A DNA stretch of 64,000 nucleotides from Phallusia mammillata (taxonomy: Eukaryota): assembly GCA_965637545.1 (NCBI GenBank), contig OZ281501.1:19592001-19656000 (forward strand), written 5' to 3'. Below, piece after piece: positions 37,246 through 64,000 of the stretch. The translations under genes were made by a program, and so were the position numbers. Each line of letters opens with the position of its first letter. Position 1 is the first letter of the stretch. The notes under the pieces are model-generated. The model was not told the origin of the DNA and made no database searches. It was given only the letters and a program-made list of their open reading frames with translations.

Positions 37246-38292
37246 TTAATTTGCCAGTAAGCCCGGTTTTATTTCAAGAAATGATTTTCGGAGATTTTCT
37301 TTTGTGTTTTCGTCTGCAAATATGTGGTCAATTGCGTCGTATGAAAGTTTAAACATTTCAGATCTTTTGTAGCCAAGTGCTGAAGCAGCAAGTGAGTATT
37401 CATATGATAGAGTTGTTGAGAAAACCCCTTTGTCATCAGTGCACACAACACATGGATGTTTTGACTCAAGCCATGTTGTGATGTGATGTTTTCTGTAGTC
37501 TAGTGGGCTGGTCTGTGTCTTAATATTTGATGAAATGCACAACTCCAGAGGAATTTTGTTCTTGAGCACCATTTCATGTGATTTATTCCTGTCTATGATG
37601 TAAGTTCCATGACCAATTCTTTCGGGCAGAACTTGTAAAAGTTTCCAATCATCATCCAAATATCCTGGCACCTCCGCAGTGTGAATACTGAGTTTCAACT
37701 CCGCCCTCCTTGCAAGTTTAAGTGGGGGAAGAAACTCTCCAATGTTTCCCTGGTACGGATTTCCACTCAAGTCAATACCAACAACTTTGGATGAAGAAAC
37801 TTTAAATTCCTCGGCTAATTTCACTGTTTCAAATGCATTTTCAATATTCTGGCCCCTGTCTAGTGATGGCAGATAACGAACATCAATGCATCGATTATTG
37901 TTGACATTATCATGTTCGTATTCATTAATCCCGCTTAACACACTTTCAATGTAAGACCTTTTGTTTAACCCAGTTTTTGGATTGTCCCTCGGAGTGCTTC
38001 GCAGTTCCAAATATTGAACACCATCCATTGCAAAGTCATTGATGACATCTTTAGTGGCTTGCTTTACCATTTCTGCACTGTCAACTATTTCGTGCAGAAT
38101 TCGAAACATTTCAAAGCACTCATCCATCGTCCTTTGATGCCCTTTCCCAATCACAACACGAGCAGCACTTTGGTCAATTCCAGGTTTTCCTGACAAAAGA
38201 CCTTGGACCGTTTTTTCGCTTAAAGAACCTCCAAGATGGGCGTGCAATTCAACTTTCGGCAATTTTCCACAAAAATCCAAATCAACTGCCAT
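37246..38292 (-). CDS. ADAL: Adenosine deaminase-like protein (N6-methyl-AMP deaminase), intronless
   Basis: Single ORF with LPKVELHAHLGGS, YLELRSTPR, VVGIDLSG, SIHTAE, RIGHGT, PLELCISSN and CTDDKGVF; the metal-binding and catalytic residues appear intact. Start taken at MAVDLDF. Confidence 0.93.
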   Translation of the reverse strand: MAVDLDFCGKLPKVELHAHLGGSLSEKTVQGLLSGKPGIDQSAARVVIGKGHQRTMDECFEMFRILHEIVDSAEMVKQATKDVINDFAMDGVQYLELRSTPRDNPKTGLNKRSYIESVLSGINEYEHDNVNNNRCIDVRYLPSLDRGQNIENAFETVKLAEEFKVSSSKVVGIDLSGNPYQGNIGEFLPPLKLARRAELKLSIHTAEVPGYLDDDWKLLQVLPERIGHGTYIIDRNKSHEMVLKNKIPLELCISSNIKTQTSPLDYRKHHITTWLESKHPCVVCTDDKGVFSTTLSYEYSLAASALGYKRSEMFKLSYDAIDHIFADENTKENLRKSFLEIKPGLLAN

Positions 38293-39074
38293 TGTAAATC
38301 TTAATGGCAAAATAGTTTGTTTTCTGAAAAAAAATAACGTTTGCTATTATTATTTAGTGCAACCACCAATACTACTTATAAGTTACTAGTCACAAACTTA
38401 CTTAACTGAACTTTATCGTAAACTACTGAACTCATCTGTTGTTGCGTGACGTAGACGTGTAAGGTCATGGTTCATTGATTGTGGTCATTCATCCGTTTAA
38501 TGTAAATTTTTGCCTGTTGGTCGACTTGCAGCAAAGTCTTTTAAATTGTTCTATAAGTTAGCGAATGTATTTTAAGTTTAATCATCCCTTGCCAAAATTA
38601 ATAATGCCCACGAAATATGTTGTTCAAGTTACTTTTATATTAGGTTATGGTCGCATATCCAACATGTTTCTTGTGGTTTCGCTAAGAACATGTGCTTAAC
38701 AACGCACCACAGTGGCATGGGACACACACAGAACAGATTTCTGCTATGCAGCTGCTAAAAATTGGATGTTCTTAGGTTAGGAATCAATTTATTGGCTCTG
38801 GTTTATCGCGAATCTGACAAAATTAAAACTGTAAAGTCGCAAGGTGGCACTGCGCAGCTACTGACGTCACATGTTTACTTACTGGCCTTTTTCTTCAGAT
38901 TTGCACGTGCGTAAATTTTAAACGGCAGTTTCAGGTTGTTTGTATGCGTGCGTGCGGTTGGAGCTTCTAATCTCGTAGTGCTTGGCATGCATTTAAACAT
39001 TTTTGTGTGAAAAATTAATACAGGAACCAGTGTAGGGAATTTAGGCCAGTTTTGTAAGTTTTGTAAAAAAAGTA

Positions 39075-46008
<6,934 letters not shown>

Positions 46009-47880
46009 ACCTCCTCGCCGGAGCAACTTTGTAAATAAACTCATCCCATCAATTTATCATTCCAGACTTTTTGTGGCAACGTAGATTTTACTGATTTTCT
46101 GTTTTCTCCCCAAACAAAATCCAATTACATTGTGACGTAAACAATACCAACTGTGACAGCATCAACTGTGACGTATTTATATGCGGGAAATAGCTTCAAG
46201 AATTTTCTTTTCGTGCCCTTGGGCGAGTTTTAATAACCAGCGTAATAATTTTGCACTATACTGTATCATGCTTGTAATTGTTTAATTCTTCGCGAAAACA
46301 CTTATAACCAAGTTTCCCAACCCATGATGGCTGTTTTTGCACTAGATGTCGCTGTGGGTTTTATAATCACATGCACTTGCTGCTACAAAATAATCGGTTG
46401 TACTTTTTAATTTGTTTTGATAATTATATGTTCCCTGTGCAAACCGCATTTCAGGAAACAGTCGGTACCTGACGATAATCCCATGTTTTATGTTTGTTGA
46501 TGTTGTTTTCAAGACGTATCGTATTTACAGGGTACCTCTTGTCATTCCGAATTTATGTTTTAATTCGTTTCCGCAGTTAATATTAAATAACGTTGAGTGA
46601 TTTTCATTGAACAGAGGAATTTGTGTTTATAGCTTGTAATCCAACACATACACGCTGCGCAAAACATTTCGGTGTGTCCGGTCGCGGAAATGTTTCGCGT
46701 CTCGTTGTTACATTCGGTGGAGTTTAAGTTGCGCCCACTGACAATCATCCGGTAGAGCTACTGACCCAAGAACTCACAAAAGTTTGCGAAATATCGATGG
46801 ATGGCGTAAATAGCGCGGCTATTTAAATTAACAGTGAGACTGGATTAGGCTTAGGGGCACAACTGGGTTGTTAGGTTAATTTTATTGTTACTATTATAAA
46901 ACCTCAGACCAACCCTAATAGCCCTAAGTTGGGCCCCTAACCGTCAGCATTTTTACGCAAGTTGCGTTTTAAAATTAGCGAATGCTCTGCGTCACTTCAC
47001 AGAATTGCGAAAACTTTTATTTTGTAACTTTTTGTGTCCACAGTAACTAGTTCCGCGTGGAAGTTTCGATTCGAATCTTTTCACGAAGTTCGTAAAAGAT
47101 TCGGTTTCTGCCAAATCGCAACAAATTATTCGGCCGAAAACGAATCTTTTACGCACAAAAAGCGTAGTTTTCCTTTAAAACTGAAATTTGGCAAGTGGGT
47201 CAAACCGCACTAAAAGCAACAGCACGCCACAAGTAGTTAAGACGCAGATGAATAGCTGGGGTCAGGCCTGAGGCGCGATGCCAACCAGCAATCACAGCAT
47301 ACTCGTATATAGTGAATGTTTGGTAACCGGCTGATTCGGTACAAATCTTAGGCCTCGCGTACTGTGACCGCGTCAAGTTGTTAACGTTTTGTCCACTCAA
47401 AATATATCATTCCGTGCGTTACTAGTGGTTACCGCCAAACGGTACTTGTTAACAAAAACGCCCCCAAGTGGTGACAAAATCAGTTGCAAAACTGGCACGA
47501 TGTCGCGGTTAGAAGTTTCACGTGGCGGAACAACTTGGGTAGATGGATCACAAACGTATGATACCACAAATATAGTGTTGTTGCCAGGCAATGTTTCATA
47601 AACTATTGTTTTTTTTGTTCAACAAGCAAACAATAATATGACTGCGTAATTGTAACAATGCGCTCTTTTTAGGCATGTTTTCCATTTTTTTAGGTATTGA
47701 CTTTTTCATAATGTTTCCTAAAATGTGCACTATGCATAACTAATTTTTCACGGGGAGATTTGTTTATCTTATACCAACAACATGTGATTCTTCGACTCGA
47801 GTTAGTAACCAACGTCACCAATAACAAACACAAGTTTAACGAAATACAGACAAAATATTATTGCGGTAAAGGGCAAGTTA

Positions 47881-48206
47881 ATAGAGCTCTTCTGCCAAAT
47901 GTAATTTTATTCCGACGTTTCGACGTCCTATACAGGTCGCCTTCATCAGGGTAAATAACACTGAATGCGACTAGTACAGTGCACGATAAACAAAGGAAAA
48001 GGGAATGGAACGCAAGTACATCACAACGCAACGAAAACACCGCGCGATTACGAATGATTGGGCCTCTAACCTTTGAGCAGGTGCATGTAGCACGCTGAAA
48101 GCATCACGTCTGTTTGTCGCATTCAGTGTTATTTACCCTGATGAAGACGACCTGTATAGGATGCCAAACCGTCGGAATAAAAACACATTTGCCAGAAATG
48201 CTCTAT
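47881..48206. ncRNA. Inverted pair of ~90-bp Penelope pLTR-like arms, each carrying a hammerhead motif (left intact on -, right degenerate on +)
   Basis: Arms at 47881-47971 and 48116-48206. The left arm reads on minus ttatttacc CTGATGA a GGCGACCT gtat AGGACGTC GAAA CGTC^ ggaataa. The right arm has CTGATGA but gccaaacc replaces GAAA. Confidence 0.65.
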
Positions 48207-48607
48207 AGGGTAACAATAGGTTCTGCACTTGACGATCTTACTAACACGCGTTGATTTTGCTCTTTGCTGAAAGCAACGAATTACAAATAATTGCAATTGT
48301 CAGTCAGTTATAAAAGCCGGATTTAAGTTGCAAAAGTCGGGTAACAATTGGCCTAAAAATGTCGGTGATCATTTTAATCTTTAAATACCGTGTTCATGTT
48401 CTAGTCAGGACTTGTTCATTTTGTAACAACACACAAAGGTATAATCAAAAACTATAAAACTATTTTGTTAAAGAAATTTCTTCGATTTACAGTCGATTAA
48501 TGGCAAACTCAGCTGTTTGATACAAATTTTCGAAGTATTCCTTAATTTAATTTGGCCATTCATGCACACTTTGACCTAAGCTATCAGACCATTTTTGCAG
48601 TAGCGCG

Positions 48608-48715
48608 AGGTGACGACAAACGAGCATTGTGACGCAGGGTGACGACATACGCGCCTGACCTTGTGACATCACACTTCACGAGCAGCTGCGAGAAAAAATC
48701 TCGGCAAATATAAGT
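48608..48715 (+). promoter_or_regulatory. Muscle-type cis-regulatory cluster upstream of myosin heavy chain
   Basis: GTGACG at 48610, 48629 and 48639, an E-box CAGCTG at 48683 and a TATA-like aatataag, followed by a 5' UTR exon with a donor at ~48770. Confidence 0.55.
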
Positions 48716-48852
48716 GACCGCGACCGAAGCAAATTCATCACTTGTTTGATTCAAGTTTCGCAACCACAGGTAAGTTGGGATCTTTACAACCATCACTGCT
48801 CGAAACCCTTTGCTGTAATCATCGTGTTTCAGTTCAGTGATACATCGTCACC

Positions 48853-57305
<8,453 letters not shown>

Positions 57306-59819
57306 AAGCGACTGTGTCTGACAGTCATCGCCATTTTACGTGACAAAACGTATTTATAATGTACACATACTTACACCTCACAGTCAATTTACGCATATTT
57401 GTAGGTTATTACACATTGGAATACATGCGCCCTATTAAACTGCTGATCATATCTGAAAAACTCGCCACAAAAATGCCTAAAACAAAATTTATCGACATTT
57501 TTCCACTCTCTCCCCATTGCCCGCAATGCATTTTTGGGGCTTCCTTTTCAGCCGCCATTACGCTTCAATTTGCTTCAAAAACCACCCAACCGTTCAACGG
57601 AGTAGCGCAATCCAGGGTTTATAGAGATCAGTGGATGACACGCTGGTTGTCAATAGTTTTCAGTATGTCAGTTAGGTGTCACGTGTCATAGCAAACTGAC
57701 AATGGTCGGGTATATTGGAAAGTCAAAATCCTCAATTTATTCCCGCCGCTGTTTAATCTGGCAGAGATATATCTAAACCTATTATCAACAACAACAGAGG
57801 TCACTAAAAAACACCAGTGCACTTCACACAAAAGCTGCACCAGTCGTTCACATTTAAGTAATCACAGTAAAACTAGAGCAGCCGCAGCCATCTATGGAAC
57901 GCAGTTGTCAAATGAATTAAGTTGCAGCAAGTTAGGTAACTTGGATGGATTGAGATAAGAAACATAATAACACAATTGTAAACAATCACCAAGCCAGGAG
58001 TAGCTTTGCAATATTACAAGTCATAAAGCATACATTTTTGCGAAACTCGGTGTTTGCATTTTTTGTATTTGATTGTTGTATAGTTGGTCTGCCATTGTTG
58101 CAGCATATAGTTGGACTGCAACAAATTACCAGTTATTAATATCAGTGTTAATTACCAGATTTTTGCTGTTTTGCAGAAATATGCTATGTTGTTATGTCAT
58201 GCCAGAGTTCTCTTTGAAGTCAAGTTTAGAAGAATGTCTCCTAAAACTTCAAATGAGTAATATAGCCAAATCATAATTGCTAAACTGCAAACAATTCCTA
58301 AGGTTGTAATTTTTTCTTTAAAATTATGCGCTGTATTGTTCCACTATACTGTATATTTTCCACTATATTTTTTTCAGCAAGTTGAGTTTGATAAAAACGT
58401 TATATTAGCCGCAGAAAACAAAAAATATAATCCAAATCCTAATTTTATCATGTTTTCATTGTTACGCATGAATAAATATGCGCGTGTAAGCATGACGAAG
58501 TGACATCACAGCTAAACAGCTTTGATTGACAGCTCGGGTTTAGTTTTTGGATTTCAGTTTAGTTGCGTTGAAATGTTGACGAGTTAATTGCTTAAAAAAC
58601 AGAAATTTAATATTACTTCGCAATTCAATTGTTGTTTGCCGTTTTTCAGTGATTTTTCGGCAGAAAGGGACAATAATGTGCGAAAAATGTTAAAAATCAG
58701 GAAAAAACCTAGGTTATCTACAGAAGAAACGGTCGGTAATGGTGCTGTAAATGGGACAAACTATGGAAGTATTTCATAAACAAATGATATAAGTAAGTTT
58801 AATGTTATTTAAGTGTGATTTATTGATGTTTTTTCTATGCATAAATCACATGTGTGAAAATGTTTACTTTGATTTTTATTGGTTCAAAAACAGTTTTTTG
58901 AAGGTTGAAAAACAAATTTTTAACTAGTTTTAATGTTTTACAACAGTTTCTAAATGTTCATCATTTTAGTTGTGTAATGCAGATCGTTTATTTTTAAACA
59001 AAAAAAATTTAAACAAACTTTATTTGTAGATACTGAAGATTTTAGTTACGTAAAGTTCAGTGGAAAAGGTGGAAGGACTTGTCTGACATGCAAAGACACC
59101 GGACGGATTGCTAAATGTAAAACATAATATTCCTGCTGGTGTGCAGTTACCACATGTAGACTGCAGTCTCAGAGTTTTTATAACTGCGCTTTTTATATCT
59201 GTGCCAGTACTCAAATTTATTTGAAAAACAGCACTTTTGGGGTTGGTAATATGTAACAACATGCCATACAATGCACTGTAACGAAACTTTTGTGTCACCA
59301 AATATAGTTAAGTTATTGAACCGTTCGGAATTTTGCCCAAGCAGATGGTAACCATAATATGAATGTCTTAGCTACTTGGAATATCCTGGTGTGATTGTCA
59401 GCTTAAACAAGTAAACCATAACTTTATGGACTTCCTATAGAATAACTTACCATCTGATAGAACAGTTTGCTGGTATAACTGTGAGCATTCAAGTGATGGT
59501 AAAAGTGTGGCCGTGTAAACTTTTGTCTGCACATAGAATCAAAACCTTAGTTGTGTAACTCTAATTCAAAAAATTAAATCGCATTTCCAGGCTATTGTTT
59601 TTTGTTATCAGTGTGTTTATCAGCACAGGTTATATATATAACTACAGTGGACATTGTACTATGGTAGATAACAAGCTACGAGTCTTTAACGCATACCTAC
59701 TGTGGTTTGACACCATAACAAACCACATCTATAGTAAATATATTTATGACATGTTTTTATTGCAGAACAAGAAGATGAATTGGTTGCACTGATTCCTTAC
59801 AATGACCGAAGACTTAAAC

Positions 59820-60727
59820 CAGGGGTGCACAACCTGCGGCCGTGAACATAATTAATATAATGTAGGTACTGGTGGCCGTTACAGAAATAAAACTCTTTTG
59901 CTAGATATTTTGATTTTTAATCTGCTCTAAACATTTTTTGTGGTACTAAAAAGAGTACTATTACCGACCTAGTAGCCATATACGTTAGTAGTGATGGGAC
60001 GATACCAGGTTTTGAAGCGAGTACCGATACCGAGTACGAGTACCACATGTATATACCTTCGATACCGAGTACGATTACCGAGTACTTAGTTGTATATCAC
60101 TGGCTAATTTATCTGCCATGGTCGGGGTACAGGCGTGCGCACACACACATGCCGAAAAATGTAATCTCCTCGTGATAGCGAAAAAGATATACGTAAACTG
60201 GCGAAGCTTTTTTCCAATTTTGTGCTGTCCGAAGCAAATATTGGCATAAAGTTGCCCGTATTCTTATGGTGTAAATCGGCCTTTGGTACTCGCATGTTGG
60301 TATCGAAAACTGAGGCAAAATATTTCGATACCGAGTACGAGTATCGATACCACTGAAATGGTTCGATACCAAGTACCGGGTACCCGTCCCATCACTATAC
60401 GTCAGACTTTTTGTTCGCCTATTGTGTGCAAAGAATGCGAACAAAAACATGTATCACAAGCATCACAATATAGATTATGACACCATAAACACTTAAGACT
60501 GATTCTTATACTGTGCAGCTCAATATGTGCACGCTAGAGACTGATTCTTATACTGTGCAGCTCAATCTGTGCAAGCTAGAAATGAATCTGAGCTTTTTAG
60601 GTGCCATTAAATGGTATATTTAATAAACTCAGTAAATTTAAAACAAAAATAAGCAGGCAAATGGCGGCCGTTGGTAAAATGAAAATCTGCGATGCGGCCG
60701 TCATAGCAAAAAGGTTGTGTATCCCTG
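59820..60727. mobile_element. hAT-type MITE (908 bp including a nested element) inserted in TMEM106-like exon 3
   Basis: TIRs caggggtgcacaacct / aggttgtgtatccctg; the perfect 8-bp TSD acttaaac duplicates coding sequence (R-L-K-P). Confidence 0.88.
59989..60397. mobile_element. Nested hAT-type MITE (TAGTGATG family, 409 bp)
   Basis: TIRs tagtgatgggacg / cgtcccatcacta; 8-bp TSD tacgttag / tacgtcag (1 mismatch); internal gataccgagtac repeats. Confidence 0.85.
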
Positions 60728-61759
60728 ACTTAAACCATCCAGAATGTACGTAGAGAAGAATAACATTTGTTGAGTTATGGGATGTTTAACAGATGAAGTA
60801 TTTTTTCAATATGTCACATGTTATTTGCAGGAAGTTTTACGTGCTTCTGGCAGTCGTTATTTGCTTGTTACTTTGTGGGTTGGTTTTGTTTTTTCTTCTT
60901 CAAAGAACGGTCACAATCACTGAAGGTCAAATAGTAAATTACAATGTCCCTCTTCACAAAAAGGACTCCAGTGGTGTCATCGTGCTCACAGTAAGACTAC
61001 TGTTGTGATGTCATAAAAGGTTTTTGTCTACCTATTGTTTTAACAGAACCTGTTCATTGTTTCCAACACCAAGTTTTTTAAAGTTCAAATTTCTCACGTA
61101 GATGTGGAGGCATTTTTTGATCAGGTGACAAATTTTTAACTTATTATGGGTCCCCTTCCCTAAAGGGGACACATATTGATTTTACCCGAATTTGTTTTGT
61201 TTTTGTTTTCTTTTGTTTTTTTAATTTTTTTTCTTCCCAAAGTTTGTCCGACTCGTTTTTCCATGAAATGTTTGATGGATTTGGATGAAATTTACACATT
61301 TTTCTTGAGGTGATTTTATTATTTTTTGCATATCTCACATTCATTGTAACATATGTATTAGTTGTAACCATTTCCACCATCCATGTTTCAACCACACAAA
61401 ATATATTTTACAAACACATGGATAATGCTATGTAATAAATAGTCAAAAACTTTGTTCATCGGCAAACATATGCTTAGTGCAATATTATGAATATTTATAA
61501 AACTTTGTTCGCTGATAAAACCTTGCCCACTTGGTGGTGCAAGTGATTAGATTTGTGAAACTTTTGTGAATTGTGTTCACTGTCATAAACTTATTTACTG
61601 TTGTCATTTGATAGCTACCACCCTGCATTGTAATACTTATGTACATTTACCTTGTTGCATTTGATTGTGTTTACAACAAGATTTACCATACTTATAACTT
61701 TTATTATAGACTGTGAATTTACTGACACAAATAAGTGACATTGTGTTGATTTATTTCAG

Positions 61760-63104
61760 GGCAAACTCCAGGAGTGTTTCAGGCAGTTTTATCTGATGAA
61801 ACATTCTGGAAGGAAACTCACGTTTCAATCAACTCTCGGACATTGTGTCTTGAAAAGCAAGTTTGAAAATGTAAGTTACTAGGTTGTAAAATTTAAACTT
61901 CAATTGCTTTGTTCATCATGGATTATAGCAGTAGTTCCCAACAGGGAAGGAATTTACTTTGATGTTTGCATGTGGTTTGTAAATAGACACTTCAGCTCTG
62001 GGAATATAACCTGTGAAGTTAATAAAAGACCCAAATTTAAATGATCTAAACGCCGGAACTTTATAAACGAGTAAAACGTTTTTGTCATTTCTTCCCAAAC
62101 ATTTTGCGAAAAGTCATTTTGCACAAACCTTTTACTCAGTCGCCAGTACATTACTACTTATTCTGTTGGTTAGTGAGTTTGCTGTTCGTCTATGACAGGG
62201 GTCACCAAACTACGGACCGCGAGGTCATTTCATCCGGCCCGCGAGGTCATTTCATCCGGCCCGCGACGACATTTTATGGTTTCCAAATCATATTGATGAC
62301 TTTGTGACATTCAAAAATTGATCTACTTCACACGAAAGTTTTCCTGTCGCGATATGTAGAATAATATTACCTAGTTTCGTGGAATTACAACTCCCAGGAT
62401 TGATCCAAAGCCAGCAGTTTGTTACGTCACAGACAAGACTACATGTGTCAGTTGTGCGCAAACAATTGCCTTTTTTGTTACTTGTGACGTAATATACAAG
62501 CATTGCTCGTAAGAGACGACCTTTGTAGTTTATAGGTCGCATCACCAGATTTTAAATGGGTTTGTAGAAAGACCATATCTTGGCGCACCTAGAAAAATCG
62601 CCTTGCGGATTAAGTTTGGAAAGGCGGCGCCAGGGCATGTAATCTATGCGGCCCGCGCGAATTACTTTTAAACTTATCCGGCCCGCAGTGAAAAAAGTTT
62701 GGTGACCCCTGGTCTATGAGAACATATAAGACGCGTCTAAAAACTAAAACGATCCACTTGTCAAGTTCTGCCTACTCCACATGATCCAGTTATTGTGCCT
62801 CAACTGAGGTCACTTTGAACGAATACTTAATACTGTTTTGAAACAGTTAAAACTCTTAAAAAGTATCTAAAAGTGGCAACAAGCAATAAACCTTCAATTC
62901 TGTTATATTGTCCTAATAAACTTCACACACCCATGTTGTTTATATTTGCAGGTTGAAGAAAAAATTGACACGGCCGGACGCGTTTTCCGGGACCGACAAT
63001 ATCAGATAGATGCAGCCATTGTTAGAACAATGAAAATGAGAAACTCTTTGTCGCATCAACTTCTAGCGTCCGAAGTTTACGACCAACTCAAGTTCCCGAT
63101 TAAG
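61760..63104 (+). pseudogene. Cullin-4 C-terminal exon fragments (two phase-0 exons, 61760-61870 and 62952-63104); no N-terminal cullin exons in the window
   Basis: [37 protein letters not shown] and [51 protein letters not shown] match the CUL4 cullin-homology and neddylation (winged-helix) domains. Both have canonical splice sites. Confidence 0.75.
62196..62711. mobile_element. hAT-type MITE (516 bp)
   Basis: TIRs caggggtcaccaaact / agtttggtgacccctg; perfect 8-bp TSD gtctatga; subterminal ggcccgcg repeats. Confidence 0.9.
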
Positions 63105-63579
63105 GTACAAGTTTAGCTTCATATATTTCGGGGTTCTTTACATTGTGCCTGAAAACTATGTTCACGGCATTTTACTCAAACATTTTTGTAAGATTTACCT
63201 TACCGTGTTGAAATGCTTGAGAGACCGACCCAATTCGGTGTGTGTGCGTGGGACTTCATATGATTTTTGGGATGTTCGTTTCTCTAACACGCATTGTGTC
63301 TGAAAACGAACACGTTTTGTGTTTCTGCCCTGGGTTTAATCCCTGTTTTTGTAATGTTCCGTATTGATATGCTTGAGAGGCCGACTTGATTCGGTGCAGC
63401 CCCTTCATGACGGACGTTTTCTTCTGTGTGTTAATGTTTTGTTTCAACTCTATAATGTTGCATGTAACAGAATGGAGTCAAAAAATCACAAGTAAACTGC
63501 AGACAATGCACACTGTTTTGACCTATAATGTCTCGTCAGTGCAGTGCTGGTGACGAGAGATCGGCCGTATTGGCTAGTC

Positions 63580-64000
63580 CAGTGGTTCTCAACCTTTTTC
63601 CTTTCGTGGCCCACTTTCATTGCACGAAAATTCTGTGGCCCAGTAAATTTTCATAAATGAAATAAAACAACTACAAAATAGGTTCAGCACAAAAAAACTG
63701 CAGAACATATTTCAAACAGATAATAAGTCCAAAATAACTTAATTTAAAAAAATCATAAAACAGCACTTTCCCTTCTTTAATCAAGCATGTTCAGTTATGA
63801 CCGAGTAATTGGACAATTGATATGCCGCTATTATCTGGCTTTATTGTAATCTCAAAGTAGTTTATTACATCATAAACATGTAGGGTTGCAGAAACTCAAA
63901 GTAACTTTATACCGTAAATTGATTAATTTAAATTCATTTACGTTCCTTTTCAATTCCTACCCAAGCCATTATTCTTGGAAAATTGAGTGTAGTGACACAA
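63580..64000 (+). mobile_element. Probable left end of a hAT/Charlie-type element running off the window
   Basis: Begins cagtggttctcaacctttt...gtggccc, a typical Charlie-like TIR; the right end is not seen. Confidence 0.45.

Larger units (their letters stand above)
58687..61124 (+). pseudogene. TMEM106-like gene, disrupted and lacking the 3' luminal-domain exons
   Basis: Exons encode YVKFSGKGGRTCLTCKDTGRI, QEDELVALIPYNDRRLKPSR, MKFYVLLAVVICLLLCGLVLFFLLQR and NLFIVSNTKFFKVQI, resembling TMEM106B ([44 protein letters not shown]). There is an in-frame TAA at 58777, a TAA created at the exon 2/3 junction and a MITE inside exon 3. Confidence 0.8.

Noticed and set aside
47290-47345. Third copy of the SINE (gaatgtttggtaaccggctga)
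   Set aside because: Only a ~25-nt motif matches and no tRNA-like head is seen; kept as a possible distant relative only.
59820-60830. Rescue of TMEM106 by splicing out the MITE (GGG|gtgcac to aacag|ATG at 60793 restores frame)
   Set aside because: The donor is weak, and two upstream nonsense codons would still truncate the protein.
61916-62151. Missing CUL4 middle exon or a LINE fragment
   Set aside because: No frame resembles the expected FQVSLFQ...IQMKET segment or RT motifs.

Overview
Gene-dense, AT-rich eukaryotic (metazoan) genomic DNA with many ~55-60 nt GT-AG introns. The short introns, tightly packed same-strand gene pairs, a sarcomeric myosin with a GTGACG/CAGCTG upstream cluster and an invertebrate-type B4GALT suggest a tunicate (ascidian); this is inference, not proof. 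Gene order: two tandem paralogous genes for a GPI-anchored protein with four Ly6/uPAR-like (three-finger) domains plus one EGF domain (-), B4GALT-family glycosyltransferase (-), C18orf63/DUF4708-like (+), EARS2 (-), TIMM9 (-), calnexin (+), GORAB (-), intronless ADAL (-), villin-like (+), sarcomeric myosin heavy chain (+), and a decayed TMEM106-like gene followed in phase by CUL4 C-terminal exons (+). Mobile DNA includes several hAT-type MITEs with 8-bp TSDs (one nested pair inserted in a coding exon), a PIF/Harbinger-like element with TTA TSD, and tRNA-derived SINEs. The most notable items are minimal hammerhead-ribozyme motifs of the Penelope type (one in sense orientation in an EARS2 intron, one inverted pair upstream of myosin), the tandem multi-LU-domain surface proteins, and the TMEM106-CUL4 chimera. 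All gene models and homology calls were made by eye, without database searches.
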